This document shows, piece by piece, positions 8,668 through 16,286 of a stretch of DNA of 25,037 nucleotides. The position numbers and the translations under genes were made by a program. This DNA comes from a virus. Its lineage: Duplodnaviria > Caudoviricetes. The DNA lies in IMG/VR virus record IMGVR_UViG_3300037558_000312, positions 1 through 25,037 of that record. One strand, 5' to 3'. Below the pieces are notes generated by a model. It saw only the letters and a program-made list of their open reading frames with translations. It ran no database searches and had not been told where the DNA came from. Each line of letters begins with the position of its first letter. The stretch's first letter is position 1.

Positions 8668-9124
8668 GCTTTTGCATTATTTTAGACTTTGCTTCTGCCA
8701 TCTTACGTTTGGCATTGCTCATCTTAGCTAACATAACGTCCTCGTTAATTTTAACCTTAGCTTTGCTTTTAAACATGTACACTTCATATAACGCATTGTT
8801 ATATTGCATGTCTGCTTTTTCGATATCGTTTGCTTTTTGAGACTTATTACCTAATAGATTCTTAACGATACCCATTGCACTTTCAAATAGTGCAATATCT
8901 TTGTGTAATAATTCATTGTGTTCATATATATTGTAAAAATTTTTTCTTTTGTCAGCAAATTTCTTTTGAACTACATCAATGCGAAACTGTTGTACACTCA
9001 CACTGTTTTCCTGTGTCTGTTGTGTCATTGCTACTCGTAAATCTACATCTGTGTTAGCACGTTCATTTAGTTGTTTGGAAGTTTTATCAAAAGTATTGAT
9101 AATATCGTATAGTCTTGGTTTCAT
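8663..9124 (-). CDS. Hypothetical protein
   Basis: 153-aa ORF tiling the operon; helical C-terminus. Confidence 0.75.
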   Translation of the reverse strand: MKPRLYDIINTFDKTSKQLNERANTDVDLRVAMTQQTQENSVSVQQFRIDVVQKKFADKRKNFYNIYEHNELLHKDIALFESAMGIVKNLLGNKSQKANDIEKADMQYNNALYEVYMFKSKAKVKINEDVMLAKMSNAKRKMAEAKSKIMQKL

Positions 9125-9126
9125 AA

Positions 9127-9351
9127 TTACCTCACAAAGTTATTGATATTAAGTTTATACGCCACGTCTTTACCATTAATTGTTTTGTCTAAGACGCCTC
9201 TGCCTACTAATGTTTGTGCAATATATTGTTCTCTCTCACTAAGATTCGTTTGTTCTAACAATTCAACTCCGTCGAACTTTTCTTCAATAAACTTGTTCTC
9301 TCTCACATTGATCCAAGTATAAAGTCCACCTTTAGTTATCATTGCTCTCAT
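9127..9351 (-). CDS. Hypothetical protein, possible winged-helix fold
   Basis: 'LSEREQYIAQTLVGRGVL.K......Y' wHTH-like pattern; ATGA coupling. Confidence 0.65.
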   Translation of the reverse strand: MRAMITKGGLYTWINVRENKFIEEKFDGVELLEQTNLSEREQYIAQTLVGRGVLDKTINGKDVAYKLNINNFVR

Positions 9352-9620
9352 GACTGTTGCTCCGGTGCTTGTGCTTGTTGTGGATTGAGTATTCTTTGTG
9401 GAAGTCCGGTTGCTATTTTTGTTCCAAGTCTATTAGCACGTCTAGTTTGTGATTTTACTCTTATATTAGCTTCTCTACCTTGATCCAAAGTTTTGTTATT
9501 TGTACGTTTAGTAGCATTTTGCATATCAGAAGTGGTTTGTCTAGTAGCGGCAACGTTACCGCCGGGTCTAACTCCATATCCTTCATCTACTTGTGAGTCA
9601 TCGAATTCATATAATCTCAT
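9348..9620 (-). CDS. Hypothetical low-complexity protein (probable internal head protein)
   Basis: MRLYEF N-terminus; ATGA coupling. Confidence 0.7.
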   Translation of the reverse strand: MRLYEFDDSQVDEGYGVRPGGNVAATRQTTSDMQNATKRTNNKTLDQGREANIRVKSQTRRANRLGTKIATGLPQRILNPQQAQAPEQQS

Positions 9621-9910
9621 TTTCTCTTCCTCGGTTTGTTTAGACGTTTTAATGCTCTACTAACAGGATTAAACTTTTTAGTTCTATTTGCTTTACGAGC
9701 TATACGCTTGCCCATACGAGCTTTGGTCTTTTTTAATACCATACGTTTTTTAATATCAATTGGCATGCCGCATTGCCCCGGCTTGCTTACTAGTCTACCA
9801 GCTCGTTGACCAACTACACATCGATATTTACGAGTAAGTTTGTTTCCTTTTCTCGCCCATACCAATACAGCTTCAACCACATTAGTGCTATCTAATTCAT
9901 TTAAATTCAT
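9617..9910 (-). CDS. Highly basic small protein (probable DNA-binding internal/core protein)
   Basis: K/R-rich after acidic leader MNLNELDSTNVVE; two Cys; late box 5 nt upstream. Confidence 0.75.
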   Translation of the reverse strand: MNLNELDSTNVVEAVLVWARKGNKLTRKYRCVVGQRAGRLVSKPGQCGMPIDIKKRMVLKKTKARMGKRIARKANRTKKFNPVSRALKRLNKPRKRK

Positions 9911-9915
9911 AATAG

Positions 9916-9923
9916 TATTTATA
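9916..9923 (-). promoter_or_regulatory. T4-type late promoter TATAAATA
   Basis: Exact consensus 5 nt upstream of ATG 9910. Confidence 0.75.
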
Positions 9924-9929
9924 CGGAAA

Positions 9930-10205
9930 TTAATTCATCAACAATACAATGATTGTTGAAAGGATACCTGCTACGACAGTAGCCGCGGCACCCAACATTA
10001 TTTTATTTGTTGATTGATGATTCTTAACATTTTCATCGTGCATTGAACGCATTTCAGTGTGAAGGTCTTTAACTGCCTTCTCTACATTTTCCAAACGTGT
10101 TTCCAATCCCTTGTACCTTTCTGCACAAAGATCAACGTGGGCTTCTAAATTTGTACGCTCTAGCGTAGTAGTTCCATTTGACATAAATTTTACATTTTCT
10201 TTCAT
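9930..10205 (-). CDS. Coiled-coil protein with C-terminal transmembrane helix (XhlA/holin-like architecture); start may be at 10184
   Basis: LEAHVDLCAERYKGLETRLENVE coiled coil followed by IMLGAAATVVAGILSTIIVLL. Confidence 0.7.
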   Translation of the reverse strand: MKENVKFMSNGTTTLERTNLEAHVDLCAERYKGLETRLENVEKAVKDLHTEMRSMHDENVKNHQSTNKIMLGAAATVVAGILSTIIVLLMN

Positions 10206-10318
10206 CTTATCGTTAAGACGTTCAGTTTAGTATTTTTTGCCTTTTGATATCGGAGGCTAGTGACTAACTCCGTATATGCCTAATTGTGCCTAAGTTATTG
10301 CTTGTACATATATTTAGT
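10206..10318 (-). promoter_or_regulatory. Late-type box (ACTAAATA, 10311-10318) and structured 5' leader
   Basis: Hairpin CGGAG...CTCCG (10251-10272), TTAGGCA direct repeat (10277-10293), third GGCA at 10238-10241. Confidence 0.5.
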
Positions 10319-10736
10319 ACTGTCCAGCATAGCTTTTAAAATATAAGTTAATTAAATTAGGGTCCGATGTTTCAAAAAATCCTGTAGATGTGTCGTTAGT
10401 TTCTTCTAATCCAGTGTATATTGCTACTCCATCTGCATCTTTAAACAAATGATGCATCTTATTGTTATTATAAGCAAAAACATCACTATGCTCTATACTA
10501 AAGTCAAATTTCCATACTGTATGTAGTCCTTGATAACGCTTTCCGAACTCATAATTTACTATATCTTGTGCCATTTCAACCGTTACTTGAATATCCAACG
10601 GCTGACTGCGAATACCTATTGTTTGGATAAGTGTATTTAAATTTTGTTGTTGTAGAAATGCACCTTTGTTTTTAGTAATTTTACTTTCATTGGTGTTAGT
10701 AATATCTACTAGTGTATAAGCTGTATAATAAAGCAT
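10314..10736 (-). CDS. Hypothetical protein
   Basis: 140-aa ORF; ATG abuts the upstream TAG. Confidence 0.75.
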   Translation of the reverse strand: MLYYTAYTLVDITNTNESKITKNKGAFLQQQNLNTLIQTIGIRSQPLDIQVTVEMAQDIVNYEFGKRYQGLHTVWKFDFSIEHSDVFAYNNNKMHHLFKDADGVAIYTGLEETNDTSTGFFETSDPNLINLYFKSYAGQY

Positions 10737-11576
10737 CTAGTATTTGTCTTTAAGACGCCAGCTACCTCTATCTAATTTAGATGTATCTCCAAACGAACCG
10801 CCTTTAGCAATTTGCTTACCAAGATAGAATCCGCCAGCAATAGCCGCCGCTCCTGTAGCAATTTTAGCTAATGTATCTGATCCACGCATTCTAGGACGTT
10901 CTGCATTGTGTGCACCTTTGACCATAAGTCCTTGTGATCTACCTAAGTCTCTGATATAACTGTATAACTCGCTACGCAATGCCTTGGTTCGATAAAACTG
11001 ACTCATTCTTGTTATTACTAGTTGTTTTTGCATTTTGTTTAGTCTAGGCCAATCTTGGACTAATCTTCTAATGCTTCTGTAGTTGCTACTTTTAATATCT
11101 AAATCACGTTCTAATCTCATAAAAAATGCGCCGGCGCCAATAACTGGTTTGCCAGCTTTTATAGTATTCAAATATGCTTTAATTTTTACATCATTCAAAT
11201 TAATTCTACCTAGTTGCATTTCATTTTTATCACCTGCATTAGGCATGTTATTTTTTATACTTGAAAGTGCAACATGTAAATCATTACCACTTTGTCTATA
11301 GTTGTTAAAGTTTCCAGTTTGCATCGTTCTTGTAGCATATGCCGCCGCGGCAGGTGCCATATCATATTCATTACTCATAATATATAATGCTAGCATATTC
11401 ATAAATGCAAAGTCTGCCATATCTCTAGCATTGGTGCCTTCAACTCTTTGTTTAGTTCTAAACATTTTACTTTCGTTTAGATCACTTATAAAACTATATT
11501 GTGACTTCGGTTCTTGTGGCATTTCGTGTCCGCCTTCTATTGCCGACCATTGTTGTAATGTGTACTTGTTTTCCAT
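10737..11576 (-). CDS. Hypothetical protein (start re-called to MENKYTLQQW)
   Basis: GATAAATA late box (11582-11589) lies 5 nt before ATG 11576; this start avoids overlap with the kinase ORF; C-terminal hydrophobic/Gly-Ala helix. Confidence 0.75.
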   Translation of the reverse strand: MENKYTLQQWSAIEGGHEMPQEPKSQYSFISDLNESKMFRTKQRVEGTNARDMADFAFMNMLALYIMSNEYDMAPAAAAYATRTMQTGNFNNYRQSGNDLHVALSSIKNNMPNAGDKNEMQLGRINLNDVKIKAYLNTIKAGKPVIGAGAFFMRLERDLDIKSSNYRSIRRLVQDWPRLNKMQKQLVITRMSQFYRTKALRSELYSYIRDLGRSQGLMVKGAHNAERPRMRGSDTLAKIATGAAAIAGGFYLGKQIAKGGSFGDTSKLDRGSWRLKDKY

Positions 11577-11580
11577 AATA

Positions 11581-12075
11581 TTATTTATCGTTCCTATGAG
11601 CCCAATACAAATATTCATTGAACCATTGTTGTGTTTGTTCTCCACATCTTTGTAAGAACATATCCCAAGGCATTGTTACTGTACCATCTGGATCTATAAA
11701 CATAGGATTATCTCCTTGCATAATTAAATTTCCGTATGTAGCATCTCTATGATAGAATACAGGCTGATTTGCATCTACATATGTTTTGCCTATAAAATCA
11801 AAGAAACTTTTTACTACTGTATTTCTGTGTACCACACATATATTCCACAACTGATCTTTTGTTACTTGTGTTCTATATTGTTGCCAAGTTATGCCTTCTA
11901 CTTTATCCATTACGATAATACCATCTTCGAAACTGTGTACTTTTACGCACCATGGATTATCTAGCTGAAAACGTTTGTAAGTCTCAAAGTTGAATGCATC
12001 AGGTTTAGTTTTTTTAACAATGTACTTACCATCATCATAAACTTCTCTATGTTCTTTTTTGTGTATTAGTTTAAT
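11581..12075 (-). CDS. Protein-kinase-like/APH-fold phosphotransferase, ~164 aa, probable ATT start
   Basis: HRDATYGN catalytic loop and FIDPD; frame is open upstream of M11910 and encodes an N-lobe (REVYDDGKYIVKK...PWCVKVHSFEDGIIVMDKVEG) with no ATG/GTG/TTG. Confidence 0.7.
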   Translation of the reverse strand: MKLIHKKEHREVYDDGKYIVKKTKPDAFNFETYKRFQLDNPWCVKVHSFEDGIIVMDKVEGITWQQYRTQVTKDQLWNICVVHRNTVVKSFFDFIGKTYVDANQPVFYHRDATYGNLIMQGDNPMFIDPDGTVTMPWDMFLQRCGEQTQQWFNEYLYWAHRNDK

Positions 12076-13147
12076 TGGGTGTCCATCTATGTCTAGGAAC
12101 TAGTTTAATTTTATCCCTAGTAGCAACATAGCCTTCTCCGCCACGTTCGCCGCCTGTACTAGCAGTAACATCAGCGCCTGAGTTATCTAGTTGGTCTATT
12201 AAATTGTTTTTAATATTTTGTGTTTTAACAACAAGATCCAATATAGCATTCAGACCTTTGTCGTCACCTGCCATAAGTTTTGCTTGCTGTCCTTGGCTGA
12301 CCTTGCTGGTTTTTAGCCAATCATAAAATCCTGTCCTGAGTTGGTCTAACTTACCTTGTTTGGTCATTTGGTTAACATAGTTATAGAGTATTGCATCTTT
12401 TCTACTCAGTCCCTGTTCCGGCTTTAACCAATTGTCTATTATTTGTGCGTTCGCATTTGCCGTACTAACTATATCCTGAACTGCACTTGTATCAACTTTG
12501 GGTTGATGTGTTACATATGTTTGTCCTAGTACAACTACCGCATTACTATTGATACTCTTAGTGTCTTTGATCGGAGTACCTGTCTTATCTCCAAATGCAT
12601 CATGGTATGTGTGTACTACTACACCTAGTGTACTGCCCGCTATACGCTTGCCTAACGCACTTGCAGGGTCAACAGTGTATGTAACTTTGTTAGGTGTAAA
12701 CTGTAAGCCCGATTGTGAGCTTGTTACGGGCTTGCGTGGAGTATACAGTAGATCACCGTATACATAGCCTTTCATATCAGCTGGTGTATTAGCTTCTAGT
12801 ATCTCAAACACACCTGACATTTCTCCAGCAAAATCTTTACGCCAGTCTTCGCCTTTGCCTGTGTTCATAATAAAGTCTTGTAGCTCTCCGCTACTGGTTG
12901 TTTTGTTTTTGCCCCAACCATTTTTACCAGTCATTACAAAAGTGCCGTCGGGCTCACGTCCCCAAAATATAGTTGGATTACCGTCCCATTTGATACTAAC
13001 GTCTTTGGAATCTTGTCCTAATCTTGTGAGTATTTCAGCGGCTTTCAATGCACCTCTACTACCTTCAAAGGTAACAAGGTCTTCTAAATGATTGTACTCT
13101 CTGCCTTTACTGGTAGTAGCTTCTGTAAGGAATTGATTGGCTCTCAT
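12071..13147 (-). CDS. RNA-ligase/covalent nucleotidyltransferase-like protein (DUF6267-like)
   Basis: Motif I SIKWDG, motif III-like YGDLLY, motif IV GEGYV, motif V IKLVPR; N-terminal HLEDL. Confidence 0.65.
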   Translation of the reverse strand: MRANQFLTEATTSKGREYNHLEDLVTFEGSRGALKAAEILTRLGQDSKDVSIKWDGNPTIFWGREPDGTFVMTGKNGWGKNKTTSSGELQDFIMNTGKGEDWRKDFAGEMSGVFEILEANTPADMKGYVYGDLLYTPRKPVTSSQSGLQFTPNKVTYTVDPASALGKRIAGSTLGVVVHTYHDAFGDKTGTPIKDTKSINSNAVVVLGQTYVTHQPKVDTSAVQDIVSTANANAQIIDNWLKPEQGLSRKDAILYNYVNQMTKQGKLDQLRTGFYDWLKTSKVSQGQQAKLMAGDDKGLNAILDLVVKTQNIKNNLIDQLDNSGADVTASTGGERGGEGYVATRDKIKLVPRHRWTPN

Positions 13148-13932
13148 TAGTCAAGCTCTTTCCAATTTGGATCACTACGCAAATCTGCTAGCAATGCATC
13201 ACCTTTTTCTTTACCCAATGCCGCCATTATAGCTTCGACACTGCCTATATCTTTTCCTGAGGCATTAGGGCCTAATAATGTTTTTGCTATTTGATCAATA
13301 TTGTCTGTTACAAGATCAGCTTTTTTACCATTCGCATCTCTATTAAACAGTCCTTGGTAAGGTGACCATAACATGTTTTGATTTTTAGCTAATTTAGCGA
13401 GTGTAATCATTTTGTTTACACCTTTGAATTTGCTACCTTGTGGAATAGTATGTGTATGAAACTGTGCCGCATTTTGTGCATTAGGCACTATCATAATATC
13501 AACCTGATGTGTATGATCGCCCATTGGTACTTCTACATGCACACTAGTACCACTTTGTCCTGTATTAAATCCTGCTAGGTCAAATACTTGTCTTAGCTTT
13601 TTTCTAATAACTGGATCTTTTTGATCTTCCATATTAAAGTGTTGCTTTAGTTGATCCAGATCAACTATCATATCTAAGTCTCCACTTACTTTACCTGGTG
13701 TGGGTGTTGCACCCGATCCAATAGGTATAGCAGTACTACCTGTTTTTGTCAACACATTATTAATACTTTTCATAATGCCAGGAATCATTTTGTGATCGAA
13801 GCTTATACTATTTGGGAAGATATTACCACCTTCTTTAAGTTTTTTAATTAAGCTAGAACCTTTGGATCTAGTTAAACGACTTCCACGTTTTTTACGTTTC
13901 TTGTTTCCGCCTAGTATATCTGCTATTCTCAT
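13147..13932 (-). CDS. Pol-beta superfamily nucleotidyltransferase
   Basis: IGSG...SGDLDMIVD (hG[GS]..DhDh) plus third Asp in HQVDIM; basic N-terminal leader ending LKE/GGNIF. Confidence 0.75.
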   Translation of the reverse strand: MRIADILGGNKKRKKRGSRLTRSKGSSLIKKLKEGGNIFPNSISFDHKMIPGIMKSINNVLTKTGSTAIPIGSGATPTPGKVSGDLDMIVDLDQLKQHFNMEDQKDPVIRKKLRQVFDLAGFNTGQSGTSVHVEVPMGDHTHQVDIMIVPNAQNAAQFHTHTIPQGSKFKGVNKMITLAKLAKNQNMLWSPYQGLFNRDANGKKADLVTDNIDQIAKTLLGPNASGKDIGSVEAIMAALGKEKGDALLADLRSDPNWKELD

Positions 13933-14168
13933 TCTACTTTTCCAATACCTCGAGCGAATTTTTTAGGATCTTTTGTTCTGATAGCATTAATCAAACGTTT
14001 GTTTAAATCAGCCGCTGTTTCTACATCGAAACTTTCGTTGATTAGACTAATTAAATTTATAGCAGTTTGAATAACTTGTTGTCCATTGGACTCAACAATA
14101 TGCTTAGTATCTCGTTTAGGAGACATTGCATTAATTTCTTCCAAAATTGATCTTGTTTTACGCTTCAT
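13929..14168 (-). CDS. Hypothetical small protein
   Basis: 79 aa; ATGA coupled to the NTase; ACTAAATA box at 14177-14184. Confidence 0.75.
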   Translation of the reverse strand: MKRKTRSILEEINAMSPKRDTKHIVESNGQQVIQTAINLISLINESFDVETAADLNKRLINAIRTKDPKKFARGIGKVE

Positions 14169-14176
14169 ATCAATAG

Positions 14177-14189
14177 TATTTAGTAAATA
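14177..14189. promoter_or_regulatory. Overlapping divergent late-type boxes: ACTAAATA (-, 14177-14184) and AGTAAATA (+, 14182-14189)
   Basis: Sequence gTATTTAgTAAATAt is a near-palindrome carrying TAAATA on both strands. Confidence 0.6.
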
Positions 14190-14193
14190 TCAT

Positions 14194-14410
14194 TGCTGGA
14201 GTATTGGTGATCAGCACTTATGGCAATAGCAGGGTAATGATAATGAACATAGGATCCGTTAACAATAAGAGCAAAATCATCAATGGCAAGCAAACACAAA
14301 TTACAGGCAATATATAGGCTCATAATAATGACTCAAATTTTATACACAGTGTTTGTTGTTCAACATCAGAAATAATAAAAGATAAGGTACACGGCACCTT
14401 TACTTCAGCA
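14194..14410 (+). ncRNA. Candidate structured non-coding RNA (~215 nt), family unknown
   Basis: Terminal stem TGCTGGAGTA(14194-14203)/TACTTCAGCA(14401-14410); TTGGTGAT/ATCATCAA (14204-11/14276-83); GCaCTTAT/ATAAGaGC; CAAACAC/GTGTTTG; AAGGT/ACCTT; the wobbles are G-U only on the + strand; begins ~5 nt after a + strand TAAATA box. Confidence 0.6.
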
Positions 14411-14417
14411 CATTTCT

Positions 14418-14855
14418 TCATACAGGTACACCAAATATTTCATTGTCATCTATTATATATTCAAAGTTTTGGCATGTATCTGATCGACTTATTCTTGTGG
14501 CTCCGTTTCTAATATGAAACTTGCTTGCCATTTCTGTTAATGGGCTTAAGGTTACAAGTCTATATACACCTTGTTTACCTTTCATTAAGTCAGCTAATTT
14601 ATTTACAATGGCTCTCCCTGCGCCTTTTTTACTACTCCATACAGTATATGCTACTGCGACGGAGCCTGTTTCGTTTTGGTATTTTTCTAATTCTTGTTCT
14701 GTTGTTGGTACATGTGTGCAATAACATACACAAATTACTGCTGATAAATCATCTAGAACATATACCTGTTTGCCTGGACCTATCTTAGGAATATGTAGAC
14801 GTACTGGATCACTGTCAAGTATATCCAGCTCATTTATACTAATTAATCTAATCAC
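14418..14855 (-). CDS. GNAT-family acetyltransferase-like protein
   Basis: YTVWSSKKGAGRAIV (motif A) and LSPLTEMASKFHIRNGA (motif B-like); GTG start. Confidence 0.6.
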   Translation of the reverse strand: MIRLISINELDILDSDPVRLHIPKIGPGKQVYVLDDLSAVICVCYCTHVPTTEQELEKYQNETGSVAVAYTVWSSKKGAGRAIVNKLADLMKGKQGVYRLVTLSPLTEMASKFHIRNGATRISRSDTCQNFEYIIDDNEIFGVPV

Positions 14856-16246
14856 TACTCGCTCTTTCTCAACAAACTTTTAAGTCTATCTGTTGCATCT
14901 ATTTGTGGATTTGCATCCATATTATTCTCAGTTACGCTTTCGCCTGCTGGTGCAACACTACTCTTTGTTTTTAGTTTTTGATATATGCTAGTTGTACTAG
15001 TATCATCTTGTTCACTTTCGTCTAAATCTTCGATCTTCAAACTGTCCATGTTAAATGCTAAGTCTAGTTTACTACCAACACCACTACTACTTCTAGTTTT
15101 CATAAATTGTATTTGTACTCTACCACGCTCTCGCATAGCTCTACTGCTAAAGATACCAATTAAATTATCTGCTGTATTGATCTTACTAATACCACCTGCA
15201 ATGTGGCTGTGGTCAAATTCAATTTCATCAACTGCACTACGATTCAACTGCGAAGCTGTAACAAATAGTATTCCTAATTCAGTTGCTAAGTTTCTAAGTT
15301 CTTCACTAACAAACTTGTCTTTAATAAATTGATCGCTTGGATTAACTTTTACTGTAACTGGCATCATAAGATCCAAATAGTCGACCAGTAGTGCATCAAC
15401 ATGCAAGTTGTGTTGTATCTGATATTCTCTCATATATGCTTTGATGTCATTAACAGTAGTACCATTCTTCATTTGTATTACTTGCAATTTGCCTGCTTTC
15501 TTACTAGCCATCTTAACACGCAATTCCACATCACTGCTATTCTTCATTACATCTTTAGTACTCATACCTGTGAGCATAGCATCCAGTCTCATAGCACATA
15601 ATTCTTCACTAAGTTCCAAACTAATGTACACTACGTTCTTGCCTTGCAATGCCCAGTTCAGTGCCAAGTTCTGCATAAACAAACTCTTACCACTGCCACT
15701 ACCACCTGCAAAGATGTTTAGTTCGCCTGGATTAAAGCCGCCATACAGTACTCTATCAAATGTATCCCACCCACTACTGTTCTGTCCTCTATTATCTTTA
15801 ATTGCTTGAATACGTCCTGCAGGATCATCCCAATAGTTTGTACCAAAGTTTTTAGCAAGTCCGATCTCTGTTGCCGCTTTAATAATACCTTCTACTGTTC
15901 CATACTCTTTGTTCTCAAGTTTATCTGCACTTTCAAGTATTGCCGCTTCTAGTGCTTTGTGTCTACAGAATTGTTCAAAGTTATCCATAAACCAATTTTT
16001 ATGTTCTACTGTCAGCTTATCACGCACATCAGATATTTCAACACCAGCAACACCTTTGACCTGTTCTAACATGGGAACATCGTTATATTCATCTGCATGT
16101 TTTTTTACAAAGTCCACAGTATCTCTAAACTGCCTATCAAAGTAACTGCTTTCTAAGATAGCATTACAACGTACAAATAGATCCTTGTCTGCCAACAAGA
16201 ATTCTAAGTACAGTTTCTGTAAGTCTGGTGTATAATCTTCGCTCAT
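14855..16246 (-). CDS. Replicative DnaB-family helicase (T4 gp41-like)
   Basis: Walker A GGSGSGKS, YISLEL, VDYLDLM, TASQLNR, KTR arginine finger. Confidence 0.93.
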   Translation of the reverse strand: MSEDYTPDLQKLYLEFLLADKDLFVRCNAILESSYFDRQFRDTVDFVKKHADEYNDVPMLEQVKGVAGVEISDVRDKLTVEHKNWFMDNFEQFCRHKALEAAILESADKLENKEYGTVEGIIKAATEIGLAKNFGTNYWDDPAGRIQAIKDNRGQNSSGWDTFDRVLYGGFNPGELNIFAGGSGSGKSLFMQNLALNWALQGKNVVYISLELSEELCAMRLDAMLTGMSTKDVMKNSSDVELRVKMASKKAGKLQVIQMKNGTTVNDIKAYMREYQIQHNLHVDALLVDYLDLMMPVTVKVNPSDQFIKDKFVSEELRNLATELGILFVTASQLNRSAVDEIEFDHSHIAGGISKINTADNLIGIFSSRAMRERGRVQIQFMKTRSSSGVGSKLDLAFNMDSLKIEDLDESEQDDTSTTSIYQKLKTKSSVAPAGESVTENNMDANPQIDATDRLKSLLRKSE

Positions 16247-16257
16247 AATATTCCTTT

Positions 16258-16286
16258 ATTATACTACCTGCATCTTGTTTTCGCAA
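16258..16286 (-). promoter_or_regulatory. Sigma70-type promoter for the helicase gene
   Basis: TTGCGA(16286-16281), 17-nt spacer, TATAAT(16263-16258); 11 nt to ATG. Confidence 0.6.

Noticed and set aside
11577-11645. Longer N-terminus (MENKHNNG...) for the 10737 gene, and the repeated 'MENK' starts
   Set aside because: It overlaps the kinase C-terminus and lies upstream of the late box; the repeated MENK looks coincidental
14194-14410. tmRNA, tRNA or RNase P identity for the structured RNA; also a 26-codon + strand ORF (MIMNIGSVNNKSKIINGKQTQITGNI)
   Set aside because: No GGGG 5' end, T-loop or CCA end, no AA-ending tag frame and no RNase P P4 consensus; the short ORF has only a weak RBS and no features
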